This document shows, piece by piece, positions 1 to 13,634 of a DNA stretch of 64,000 nt. Both the position numbers and the translations under genes were made by a program. The first letter of the stretch is position 1, and each line of letters begins with the position of its first letter. The DNA comes from Octopus vulgaris (taxonomy: Eukaryota): assembly GCA_951406725.2 (NCBI GenBank), contig OX597834.1, positions 19,282,001 to 19,346,000 on the forward strand. Direction: 5' to 3'. A model generated the notes under the pieces. The model saw only the letters and a program-made list of their open reading frames with translations, did not search any database and was not told the origin of the DNA.

Positions 1-279
1 ACAATGGTTGAGTGATCTAGGTGTGTTGGTATGTTTGCCTGCCTCATCTCTCTCTCTCTCTCTCTTCTCTCTATCTCTGTGTGCACAACAGGAACTAAGC
101 AACAGCCAGAGGTATTAAAACTGTTAACAGCAAGCAACAACATCAACAGTGACATCAAAGTCAACGGCAACAGCAATTAAAAACGAGGCTATATAAAATA
201 AATAAATAATTGAATCTGATTAAATTAAATATTTCAATATGCCAAAAAAAAAACAATGATTAACATACTTAGACACAAG

Positions 280-723
280 TATATGTGTATATACATATAT
301 ATATTCATGCATACATACATACATACATGCATACATACATATATATATGCATACATACATATATGCATATAGTGTATATATTATCATGAATTTGAAGATA
401 TATATATGCACAATATGCATATATATATATATACACACACACATACATACATACATACATACATGCATATATACATACATATATACATGCATCCATACAT
501 ACATATATACATACATATATACATGCATCCATACATACATATATACATACATATATATACATGCATCCATACATACATACATACATATATACATATGTAC
601 ATGCATATATACATACATATATACATGCATCCATACATACATATATACATACATATATATACATGCATCCATATATACATCTATACATACATACGTATAG
701 TGTATATATTTTCATGAATTTTT

Positions 724-765
<42 letters not shown>
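280..765. repeat. Compound (TACA)n/(TA)n microsatellite with a recurring longer unit (atatacatgcatccatacatac)
   Basis: Directly visible. It explains the overlapping Y/I/H/M/C/V-rich ORFs at 220-717. Confidence 0.95.
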
Positions 766-766
<1 letters not shown>

Positions 767-967
767 ATATTATACATACACTGGAATTTGTGTATGCATA
801 TTCTATGAACTTCAAATGCATAGACAGGGATGCTGGGGAGATGCTGCAAGAATGGTAATGTAGTGCAGAATTTTTGCTGTGCAACCTCTTGGTCCTGGGT
901 TCAGTCCTGTTGCAAGGCTGCTTGGGTGTTTTCTACAAAAATCATCAAGCTGGCAAATGGTTTATCT

Positions 968-1385
968 TTAATCTTTAATCGTTTGCCTGTTTCAGTCATT
1001 AGATTGTGATCATGATGAGGAACCACCTTGAAGAATTTTAGTCAGACAAATTGACCCCAAATACTTATTTTTTTCTAACCTTGGTACTTATTCTATCGTT
1101 TCCTTTTGCTGAACTGCTAAGTTACAGGAATGCAGATACAGCAACACTGATTGTTGAGCGATGGAGTAGGATAAACCCGGACACAAAGACTCACACACAT
1201 GTACATGCATGCACACACATATGCGATGAGCTTCTTCTCGTTTCTGTTTCTAAAATCCACTCACAAGGCTTTGGTCCTCCCAAGGCTATTGTAAAAGACT
1301 CTTGCTCAAAGTGCTGTGCAGTAGAACTGAACCTGGAACCATGTCCTTAGGAAGCAAACATCTTATTACAGAACCATGCCTGCAA
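968..1385 (-). mobile_element. Degenerate full-length copy of tRNA-derived SINE family A
   Basis: Colinear with the younger minus-strand copies at 41755 and 57373 (tgtttcagtcatt...aatccactcacaaggctttggtc...gaaccatg). Confidence 0.8.
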
Positions 1386-2140
1386 ATAAATTTTGATTGT
1401 TGGAAAATTGGTGTCAGACAAAGGTATCTGTCATCTTCTGCATGGGTAACATCACCCATTCTTCCTTGACCAAAGTCAATAGAATAAATAATAGGGTTAT
1501 GCATCCTTTATAAATTTCAAAAGCATACATACTGAATGTGAGTGTGTATGTGTGTGAATAAAAATGGCAGTATGGTTAAGAACTGTGCTTTGCAACCGCT
1601 TGGTCCAGTGTTCAATCCCATCGCTTGGCTGCTTGATTGTTTTCTTCCATATAATCAGAAAGATGACTGGTTTATGAATAAACCATCGAGGGAAAATTAT
1701 GTGTTGAACAAAAGTACATTGTATGCCCTTAATAACAGGTAACTTTTACCTTTCATTGTTACCTGAGATCAACAGAACAAGTACTGGAATCAATACAGCC
1801 AGATGAAATGCCTTCAAGACAGGTGCCCCAGCATATTTGCAACCTAAGATACTGGTTTTACATAAACCATCTTGTAGTGGATATTTCTTCTATAAGAACT
1901 TCCAGTGATGAGTGTGCCCCTTCTCTGAATCACCTTTAGAAATTTTCAAAGCCTGTGGAGTAACCTTGGGCTATTTTTGAGTTACCTTTGTGAGATCTCT
2001 TTAATTGGTTCTGAAGTTGAATTGAGGAACCATGCAAAGATATCTTGCAGAAATAAGATTTGTTGGCTCGTACAGCTGAAGAATAGTGAAATAAAATAAA
2101 TAAAAATCACAGGCATGTAAGAAACCCATCATATATATGT

Positions 2141-2181
<41 letters not shown>

Positions 2182-2614
2182 CATGTGTGTGTGTGTGCAT
2201 GTGTGTGTGTGTGTGTATGTAATTCGATTAGAGATTGTGTTAACCTCATGAAGGGATGATTTCATCCAAGGAAATACTGGTTCAATACCTAATATTTTGG
2301 GGGAATGAATTTCCTTAAAATAATAGGTGTATATATATATATATATATTTTTTTAATTTTTACTCTTTTGTAATTTTTTACTCTTTTACTACCTTTTGCA
2401 CCTACTACCCTCCCTCTTTGTGACCCCTAACTCACTAAAGATTCACCCCCCAACCCCTTCCCTCTCTATCTCAACATCCAAACTTCCTCATTCAACATCG
2501 AGTGAAAATCGGGATGGACGCTTTGATTTTGTTCTGTCGTACACGACTATGAGGATGTGCATCCCCAACGTAAAACTTACTATGTATTACATGTCCTTGA
2601 AGCAGTAATTGTAC

Positions 2615-2701
2615 GCGGCTGAAGAAGGCTATAGACACACATTTACATCAATTATGCATTGTTATAAACCGTCTAATAAAGGCCCAAAACATATGTTCCG
2701 C
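2615..2701 (+). ncRNA. Decayed type I hammerhead ribozyme in a short element (about 2348-2735) between (TA)n tracts
   Basis: gcgg-CTGAAGA(2619-2625)...ggccc-AAAA-CATATG-TT-ccgc. Stem I gcgg/ccgc is perfect and stem III is palindromic. G12 reads A, consistent with CpG decay. Confidence 0.6.
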
Positions 2702-2762
2702 TAAATCCTTTGCATCATGTTTTTATTTTGATAAATATATATATATATATATAAACATAGTT

Positions 2763-2810
<48 letters not shown>

Positions 2811-2981
2811 AGTTTATATATATAGTTATATATATATAAATATATATATATATATAAACATAGTTTATATTCATATAAAAGAAAAAAAAGAAAATGGTGA
2901 TTGGAATGTTAATAATTGTTTATTATTAACAGCAAATATCATCATCATCCCTTACAACTGTTTCATTTCATACTCAGTAAA

Positions 2982-3480
2982 TCTATATATATAAAACTGT
3001 AGTTGTGTGAGTGTCTGTCCCCTTCGATTTAGATTCCTAACTACTCCCACATTTTGCGGTGCAGTTTAACCAAATTTGGGTATCTTATAGTCGTCATTCA
3101 TATCGAGCCCGTCTGAGTATTAGCGCGCGTCAACGATGAGTCTATGATTTTAAAAATAATTTAACATCATTTTTTATTCCATTTTAATGCATAATTTTTC
3201 GTGTGTCGATGGCGGCGGAGTTGGCGTCCATGGTCACACCTGCACCTGTTTGCTTCTCCCCCTTCTTCCCTCCCTCGTGAAGCTGTGGGGAAATCAACGT
3301 CGTAATGCATTGTCAAGGAGACCAGCGTTCTTTTAGAACAACGACTTCATGGATTGAAAACACCAAAACAGAAATGGCTAAGAAAGCCTGAATTGGCATC
3401 TATAAGGGAAGTAACTCTCTAAAAATGCTTATATAGTTATTTCCCTTACAAACCCGAGCAACGCCGGGCGATACTGCTAG
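2982..3480 (+). mobile_element. Non-autonomous Helitron
   Basis: 5' TC(TATATATAAAA), 3' CTAG, GC-rich hairpin cccgagcaacgccggg (3453-3468) about 12 nt before the end, inserted between A2981 and T3481 with no TSD. Confidence 0.9.
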
Positions 3481-3575
3481 TATTAGATAAATATTAAATA
3501 TATATGAGCTGAGCATAACATCTTCAGAGGGTAAAAAATCCTAAACACAAATAAAACATCCAAGGGTATATCTTT

Positions 3576-3661
3576 TCCCTCTGAAGATATTATGCTCAGA
3601 TCATATATATTTAATATGTACTCAATATTTACTGAGTATTAATTGAAACAGCTGTAAGGGA
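3576..3661 (+). ncRNA. Type I hammerhead ribozyme
   Basis: tccct-CTGAAGA(3581-3587)-stem II atgctcag/ctgagtat-GAAA(3645-3648)-CAGCTG-TA-aggga. Stem I tccct/aggga is perfect. Predicted cleavage after GUA at 3656. Confidence 0.75.
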
Positions 3662-3999
3662 GGATTAATTTGCTGTTAATAATGAACAATTATTAACTTC
3701 CCAATATCCATTTTCATTTTCTTCTTTTATGTATGTGTGTATGTGTGTATGTCTTTGTTCCCCACCTCTGCTTGAGAACCTGTGTTGGTGTGTTTACATC
3801 CTTGTAACTTAGTGATCAATAGAATATGTACCAGGATTTAAAAAAGAGAATAAGTACTGGAGTTGCTCTATTCAACTTAAAAATTATTTAAGGTGATGCC
3901 CCAGCCTGGCCACACGGCTTAATGACTGCAGCAAGTAAAAGATAGAAGTTAAAATATTGAAGGGCTTGCATGGCAGGAAGTGCACCTAGCCATCAAATA

Positions 4000-4232
4000 T
4001 ATTTTTTTACTACCCACAAGGGGCTAAACACAGAGGGGACAAACAAGAACAGACAAGCGGATTAACTTGATTACATCGACCGCAGTGCATAACTGGTACT
4101 TAATTTATCGACCCTGAAAGGATGAAAGGCAAAGTCGACCTCGGCGGAATTTGAACCCAGAATGTAACGGCAGACGAAATACGGCTACGCATTTTGCCCG
4201 GCATGCTAACGTTTCTGCCAGCTCACCGCCTT
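4000..4232 (-). mobile_element. SINE family B, full length
   Basis: Reverse complement of the copy at 60707. TSD acctagccatc(a/t)aata at 3984-3999 and 4233-4248. Confidence 0.9.
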
Positions 4233-4703
4233 ACCTAGCCATCTAATAGCAACTCATCAAATTTCGTCCAACCCATGCCAGCATGAAATCAGCAAGCATA
4301 AAATCAATGATGATGATGGATAGCACGTACTATCCTTTACAGAACCTGTTTTATGTAAACAAAGTCATTTTTTTTTCACCTGTGAACTAAAACTGTTTCA
4401 ACACAGTCCCTTTCTTTCAACTATTTTTTTTCAAAACTCTTTCAAACAGTTCCTGTATGAAGCAAACATTATACATCTAACTAGTCAGGCTGTCTCTCTT
4501 CAGTTGCTATGAAATCTAAGCTAGATTTAGCAACATGATGTGAGCTGAGATAATCCTAAACTAAAATAAATGTTTAGATAATCTTCGTAGCTGCGCTGAA
4601 GCCCCTGTTCTGGTGAATAAATAATAAAAATTGATCCTTTTCGAACCTCTAAGTCTTAGCAGAAGGATTTCCAATTTTCCTCATATGTCACATCACTTCA
4701 ATT

Positions 4704-6230
<1,527 letters not shown>

Positions 6231-6594
6231 AAATATTTTTTTGATATTTTAAAATTTATTATTTCAGATTTTGTTCTTTCTACTTTCAGTTTCGTTTTCG
6301 ACTTTTCTTCTCTTCCTTCCTTCCTACTTAGGATCATTCTTGTTGTTTTGTCTCTTTTTGTCAATAACTCGAAATGAATGTAATAAGAGTCTTTCTTCTG
6401 AGTCCACTATGGTTTATTTGCTTCCGATGACTTCCTACCAAATGAAGAAACCTAAATACAACATAACAACAAGAACATCTCTGAAAGACTTTCATTTCTT
6501 CTAATCCTTAAATCTGATGACATTTTGGAAACAGTCACATGATACAACAAACATTTCCCATTATGTTATTCGTATCATTACCATTATTATGTAT

Positions 6595-6608
6595 TATGCA
6601 TTATTATA

Positions 6609-6649
<41 letters not shown>

Positions 6650-6677
6650 CATTATTACTATTGTTATTGTTATTATC

Positions 6678-6712
<35 letters not shown>

Positions 6713-6845
6713 TGTTATTGTTAGTATCATTATTATAATTATTATTATTATTATTATTACTATTGTTATTGTTATTATCATTATTATTATTATTATTATT
6801 ATTACTATTGTTATTGTTGTTATTATTATTGATGTTGTTGTTGTT
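6595..6845. repeat. (TTA)n/(TTG)n trinucleotide microsatellite
   Basis: Directly visible. Source of the poly-N/I/Y ORFs. Confidence 0.95.
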
Positions 6846-6950
6846 TGGGTGATTTGTATGTTGGCAGTTAAAATGTTTTGTGGTATTTCGTTGCATTTCT
6901 CTACATTCAAAGTTCAAATTCCTCCCAGGCTGTCTCTGCCTTCTATCTTT

Positions 6951-7176
6951 TGAGCTGGCAGAAAAGTTAGCACGCCAGGCGAAATGCATAGCCATATTTC
7001 GTCTGTCGTTACGTTCTGAGTTCAAATTCCGCCAAGGTCAACTTTGCCTTTCATCCTTTTGGGGTCGATAAATTAAGTATCAGTTACACACTGGGGTCGA
7101 TGTAATTGACTTAATCCCTTTGTCTGTCCTTATTTGTCCCCTCTGTGTTTAGCCCCTTGTGGGTAGTAAAGAAATA
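6951..7176 (+). mobile_element. SINE family B inserted in an older degenerate B copy (about 6860-6950 and 7177-7200)
   Basis: gagctggcagaa...gttcaaattccgcc...gggtagtaaagaaata, with tatcttt duplicated on both sides. Confidence 0.85.
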
Positions 7177-7207
7177 TATCTTTCTGAGGTCAGCGATATA
7201 AACAGCA

Positions 7208-7435
7208 TCCATCATCATCATCACAGTCATCATTTAACGTCAATTTTCCATGCTGTCATGGGTTGAAGGACTTGACAGGAGCTGGCAAGCCAGAGAGCTG
7301 CACCAGCCTTCAGTCCTCTGTTTTGGCAAGGTTTCTGCAGGCTGGGTGCCCTTCTTCCTAATGCTAACCATTTCACAAAGTGCACTTGGTGCATTTTACA
7401 TGGCACCAGCACAGGTGCTATTTACGTGGCACATG
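7208..7435 (-). mobile_element. Retroposon family C 3' end ((GAT)n tail), 5'-truncated
   Basis: Matches the copies at 20370, 33073, 48728 and 62950. Confidence 0.75.
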
Positions 7436-8655
7436 CACAAGTGGTTATCATGTAGTAGTTAAGTGTTCAAATAGCTCTCAAGCACTACACTGTTCTGAAA
7501 AATTAGAGGCCTTGTGAACATATTCCCTCTTCAATTCTAAGATGGCTATAGGTATTGTTTTTTGTAGCCTGTGTGTCTTTGCATCTGTATGTCTACGACA
7601 CATAGATGGAAAGGGTCACTGCAGAGGTCACAGATGTATGACGAAAGATGTCCAGATAATGGACATGTTTATGAAACAAAGTGAAGAACGAATGGATGGT
7701 AAAAAAGGGGAAAAAATGACCATCCCAAAGTATAACAATAATTGAAACAAAATTTTATGGAATTCTTGTTTCTTCCTTATTTTCAAAACTAATAAAAAAA
7801 AAAAAAAACTGTGTATTCCAACAAAAATATTTTAAGAAAAGGGTTAACAAGATGCAACTTTGTAGAAGAATAAAAAAAGAAAGAAACATGAAAGTTGTTT
7901 TAGTTTGCAAGAGTGAGAGAATTTCACACAAGATTGTTTCAAAATGGGTAAAAATAAAAAAATAAAACTGTAAAAATTCCCAGTAAATGTAATGTATCTC
8001 AGAATATATAATTTTCGATACAGCACAGGGATTCCTAGTATCCTAGAATATATAATTTTCGATACAGCACACAATAAAACCATTGATAGTATTTCATTTT
8101 ATTGCATTGTCTACAAGAACAAATAAAAATGCGTATCAATTAGAATGATGGTAATTGAATGATGCAAATCACATGCACACATACATGGACATGTGTTATT
8201 TTTATCCATGCACACTCACTGGTTACCACCAGCTTACAGCCAAGTCCGAAAACAGTCTGGCTTTGTTTTACTGTGTTAATGTAAAGGAACCAGAGAAAAA
8301 TCCTCTTGATTTGATGCTATTAGCATCTGACACAGAACTTCGCAACAAATGGTATCTACTAATTTATAGTCACAGAAAGTGCTTTGGAATGCTGTTTCGG
8401 TACTTGGATGATATTTGCGTTCAACAACAATTAGTGGCCAGAGAGATCAGACAAAATAAATGGAACGTATTACTGAAATAGACTCTTTGTCTCCGGAATG
8501 AGATCGACAGACTATGAAGAAAAATTGGGTGTTTGGATACTATGATTAAGTTGAAGTGAATAATAGATTCATAGAGAAGCAAATATGAATTACTGTTAGA
8601 TAGTGAAATGGAGAGAGAAACTGCTGATTTAGGATACACATATATAATATCTATC

Positions 8656-8702
<47 letters not shown>

Positions 8703-8872
8703 GTATGTATATATGATAATTATCTATATGTGTATAAATATATGTGTGTGTGTATGTATATATGTATGTGGTTGTATTTATGCATATATATATATGTATA
8801 TGTATGTATGTATGTATGTATATATATATATATATGTATGTATGTATGTACGTATATATGTATGTATGTACG

Positions 8873-8904
<32 letters not shown>

Positions 8905-8920
8905 CGTATATATATGTATG

Positions 8921-8952
<32 letters not shown>

Positions 8953-9010
8953 TAGGTATGTAATGTATATATATATATGTGTATGTAATATATATATATA
9001 TGTGTATGTA

Positions 9011-9055
<45 letters not shown>

Positions 9056-9737
9056 GCTCACACAACAACTGTCAAATAATAACTTTGCATGAAGAAGCAA
9101 AAACTGTATTGAAATACTCACAGCTACATGATTATCCATCTATCTATATTTATTTTGTCTTTCAATATCTGTCTCTATATATCCCTCTGTCCATCCACCC
9201 CCTATACACACTCCAAATATAGTGAATTTGTTTTACCGTGTTAATGTAAAGGAACCAGAGAATGGTTGTATATTGATGTTACTCACTGGCTGCAGTTAAT
9301 TCACTTGCAAACCTCACCAGTTTTTCCTCTCAACTTTTTCAGATTCTAGATATTGAGACAAAGAAAATTATATACTAACCCCGAAAATGGCCAGGGTGGT
9401 TGCTTACAACACTCTGTTACTAAACAGCTCAACTGACATTGGGGAGTTTATTTTATACTTTAGCAATTCTGAGCATGCAAAATATATCTGAAAGTCATGC
9501 ATGCTTTGCTATTTTTCGATTTTATAAATATGTCTACTTGTGGTAGAGGTATTGAATTAAAAAAGATGGCAAAAGTTGTTGGAAAGATGGTGGATAACAT
9601 TGGGCATAAAATAAGAACAAGAACAATAATAAACAAGTGAAGAACGAATATATAATGCATCTGTTTATTTGGCAAGAAAAATTAAAATGACCATCTGGAA
9701 ATATAACAGTAATATGAACACAGCCATCACCCAAGTC

Positions 9738-10083
9738 TGGAAATACATCAGATCAACTGGTATGCCATTCGAGCAACACTTGTACAACCACAGGTCCTTA
9801 TTCAGAGTCTCAGAAGGATGATTTGTCATATCCCTGGCCAACCATGTGTAGTACCCTGTACGACATCAAGGACCCCATATGACATCAAGTGGAAGATCTT
9901 AGAGCAGCAGGGCCCTACATCAATGGGAATAGATGCTGCAAACCCTGCATAGCTGAGCAAGCTAGGATACTTAAAGACTCCCTAAGACCTGAGTCACTGA
10001 ACCCTCACCAAGAAATCTTCACACCATACATCTGTTTCAAGTGCTGCCTGCTGAAAGCATGGGATTCCCCATTCACTGGCTGA
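9738..10083 (+). pseudogene. Penelope-like element GIY-YIG endonuclease C-terminal region, with frameshifts and stops
   Basis: Manual translation across frameshifts: KYIRSTGMPFEQHLYNHRSLFR..SLANHV / YDIKWKILE / AGPYINGNRCCKPCIAEQARIL..LNPHQEIF. This fits the recalled PLE pattern YIGST..F..R..NH..SF..W.IL..A.PY..C.LC..E..IL..LN..E.F. Confidence 0.7.
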
Positions 10084-10263
10084 GATCAGAAGAGTCCCTA
10101 TGGTCCATTCAAAAGGATAGATTCTTTATTCACCTCTCCAAATAACTGGTCTAGGAGAGAAAACCCATCCTCACTATCACTGGGATTTTCATTCTCTGGC
10201 ATCTTTTTGACCATTGACTGTAACATCTTTCCACTTCTGATCGGTGAAAAGTTAATTTTGAGT

Positions 10264-10325
10264 AGAGCCTGATGAGTTGTCTACAAAGCTACAGTTTTCA
10301 TGGGTGTGAAACTATTGGTTGCTTT
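10264..10325 (+). ncRNA. Degenerate type I hammerhead ribozyme downstream of the PLE ORF
   Basis: agagc-CTGATGA(10269-10275)...GAAA(10308-10311)-C..G-TT-gcttt. Stem I agagc/gcttt pairs; stem II is poorly preserved. Confidence 0.5.
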
Positions 10326-10634
10326 ATGATCAGACATTACTTATATACATGCTTCTAGACATGCACACATGCATACCTTTTACATTTTTGCTTGTTCTTT
10401 CTTGCATCTATTTATTCACCTGTATACATTCAAGCACAAACATGGGCATTTCAATACCCAGAAATACGTGTGGGAAGCACTTGCTGAATACGAACTTCAA
10501 GCACACACACATTGACAAATATAAGCGACTCCAAAATACAAGAATACCATCAGATAGATATCCACACTGAAATACATATATTTTTCACTCTTCATATTTT
10601 AACATAGTCACACACACACACAGACACACACACA

Positions 10635-10686
<52 letters not shown>

Positions 10687-11033
10687 AACACGGAGTAATA
10701 TACCTGCTTACACAGCCATCAAGCGATCGTAATTTAATTTACAACTCTATAAATCAAATAATGATACGTATTTCCATAATTTTCTGATGAAATCAAAGTC
10801 GCTATTTTAATCATATCTCTTGGATAGAGTTGAATGCTGAAGACTCATATCAGATCTACACCAGTTTCTTGATAATTTTATCAATTTAGTTTATTTACAA
10901 ATATTTACTTACTATTTTTTTTTGTTTTTGTTTTATGTAGGTAAGTGCGATTGTGTTGTGAGTGTATGTATAATGGAATGAATGAATGTGTATGTGTGTG
11001 TACACACACAGATACAGAACATACATACATATG

Positions 11034-11205
<172 letters not shown>

Positions 11206-11389
11206 TATATAGAATATTTATGTATGCATATATGTGTGTATGCATATTACAAACAGCTGAATTACAAGTGTATATATGTGTGTGTGTGTGTGTATGTCTA
11301 TATATGTATGTATAAATATATATATCTACAAATATATGCATATGTATATATATATATGTATGTATATATGTGTGTATATATATATGCTT

Positions 11390-11431
<42 letters not shown>

Positions 11432-12153
11432 TGAGTGTGTACATATGTAAACGTGTGTATTTTAGTGCATATATTATGCAAAATTATATCAATGCATGCA
11501 CACATGCGTGCACACACACACACACACACTCACACACACATGCACTTTGTTTTCCTTTCCAAGAATATGTGATAGCCATCAGGATATGAAATTGATATGG
11601 TTTTTTTTTTCTCCACCCCACGCTAATCTATGATTATAAGGCTTTTAATTTAGCCCTCTTCTACATCTGATATTCATATAAGGGAGTTAATATCAACCAG
11701 AAATATTCCAATAATCAAATTAGCAGTGGAAATTTAACGACGAAAATAAAATTAATATAAGGAAATAAAGAATACGCAAAGATGCAACATAAACAAGCAA
11801 ACTGCAACGCATTTTAACAATATTGATAAAATATTTGATAGAATATTATCACATTAAGAATTAGAAGCCTTGTTTGAGGAATTAGGAGATATCCACCACA
11901 CTCTCCATGCTTCGCTCCATCCACCTCTGCCTCTGTCATTTCTTGTATATTTATTTGGCTTTGTTTGCAAGATCCTGTAATCTCTTATCAGATTTACCAT
12001 TTCATTTGAGATCTTTCTTATGGAGAATTTTGCATTGTTTACTTTCTTCCATGTAAACTGTTTGTGTCGAATGGAGAGGTATATACGTACATACATGCAT
12101 GTATGTTTCTTTTCATACGCACGTAAATGTATCTCTCTCTCTCTAAAAATATA

Positions 12154-12185
<32 letters not shown>

Positions 12186-12290
12186 CATAAATATATATAT
12201 ATATATACACATATATATATATATAAATATATATATATACATAAATATATATATATATATATACACACACACATATATATATATATATAT

Positions 12291-12343
12291 AGACCCCAGT
12301 CGAACCGTCCAACCCATGCTAGTGCGGAAAACAGACGTTAAAC

Positions 12344-12378
<35 letters not shown>
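12291..12378 (+). mobile_element. Retroposon family C extreme 3' end with (GAT)n tail
   Basis: gaaccgtccaacccatgctag...gacgttaaacgatgatgat. Confidence 0.85.
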
Positions 12379-12379
<1 letters not shown>

Positions 12380-12467
12380 CTTACACCAATCTGAATGGAC
12401 TTATCACTCGTGACTGCTAAGAGCGTCGCCTAAATATCATATTTGGATTTACCTGTGTGTATTGCTC

Positions 12468-12755
12468 AATTAAATCCTTAAATCCTTAAAAATGTTTCAG
12501 CCCAAAGGCTGCGGCCATGCTGGGGCACCACCGCTGAATGAGCTACACTAATATGTGAATCCACCTCTGATACATGACACTTGGTCAACAAGGGAGTTCG
12601 ATGCCGCTGCTTGCATCTGTGTCTCCTGTCGTGAGGTAGGTTCATCTGGGACCCCCGACAAGAAGAGATCCAGTTTAGTTTTAAAGAAACCCACATCCAC
12701 ACCATGCCAGTCTCTCAGGCATTTAGGGAGGATGTTAAAGAGCTGTGGTCCTTGA
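12468..12755 (-). mobile_element. 5'-truncated CR1-like LINE: ORF2 C-terminus, 3' UTR and (ggatttaa)n tail
   Basis: ORF 12548-12766 encodes GPQLFNILPKCLRD..GVDVGFFKTKLDLFLSGVPDEP, the typical (W/F)N.LP..FK..LD C-terminus of CR1-group ORF2. The UTR resembles the SINE-A tail. Confidence 0.8.
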
Positions 12756-13290
12756 GATAAACACAAGACAGGAAACTATATACACTCTGTTGATTTTATA
12801 TACATGCAGGTTGCAGGTGTGGCTGTGTGAGAAAAAGCTTGTTTCCCAACCACATGGTTCTGGGTTCAGTCCCACTGCACAGAACCTTGGGCAAGTGTCT
12901 TCTGCTATAAATTCAGACCACCCAAAATCTTGTGAGTGGATTTGGTGAACAGAAACTAAAAGAAGCAGTGAGTAGAATAGACATAAACACACACACATTC
13001 ACACACACACACATATATATATTCAAAAGGCACTTATGTAGGTTCTGTCTAACATGGGAATTCACAAGGCATTGGTTCATCTGGGGCAATAGTAAAGGGT
13101 ACTTGACTCGAACCCAAAACCATGTGGTCGCAAAGTGAGCTTTTTTAATGACACAGCCATGCCTGTGACTACACATGCACACACACACACACACATACAC
13201 TTTGATTCTGTAAATGAATTCCATTAGTATACACTCTACTCCATGTGTCTGAGCCTGTATGTGTGTGTATCTGTCCATCTGTCTATTGAG

Positions 13291-13424
<134 letters not shown>

Positions 13425-13537
13425 GCCTGCCTGTCTGTCTGTCTCTCTATCTATTATCTATCTGTCTGTCTATCTATCTATCTATCTGTCTGTCTGTCTG
13501 TCTATCTATCAATCTGTGTGTTTATTGATTGATCTAG

Positions 13538-13568
<31 letters not shown>

Positions 13569-13580
13569 TACACACACACA

Positions 13581-13634
<54 letters not shown>

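Larger units (their letters stand above)
2875..3730. mobile_element. Inverted-repeat (fold-back) PLE-like element with an HHR in each arm; left arm interrupted by a Helitron
   Basis: 2875-2981 plus 3481-3531 is the reverse complement of 3577-3730, e.g. ctgagcataacatcttcagaggg vs ccctctgaagatattatgctcag. Confidence 0.75.

Noticed and set aside
92-180. Possible terminal coding exon (TKQQPEVLKLLTASNNINSDIKVNGNSN*) after a CT tract, followed by AATAAA
   Set aside because: The pyrimidine tract is a (CT)n microsatellite, the peptide is unrecognisable and no upstream exon is in view; it cannot be supported.
6510-6540. CTGATGA-cattttg-GAAA-CAGTC minimal hammerhead-like string
   Set aside because: Stem I does not pair beyond one base pair and there is no element context; probably chance.
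8001-8071. 27-bp direct repeat agaatatataattttcgatacagcaca with a 17-bp spacer
   Set aside because: Only two units; an ordinary local microduplication.
8392-8416. FRYLDDI resembling a reverse transcriptase YxDD motif
   Set aside because: No other RT motifs in the flanking frames.
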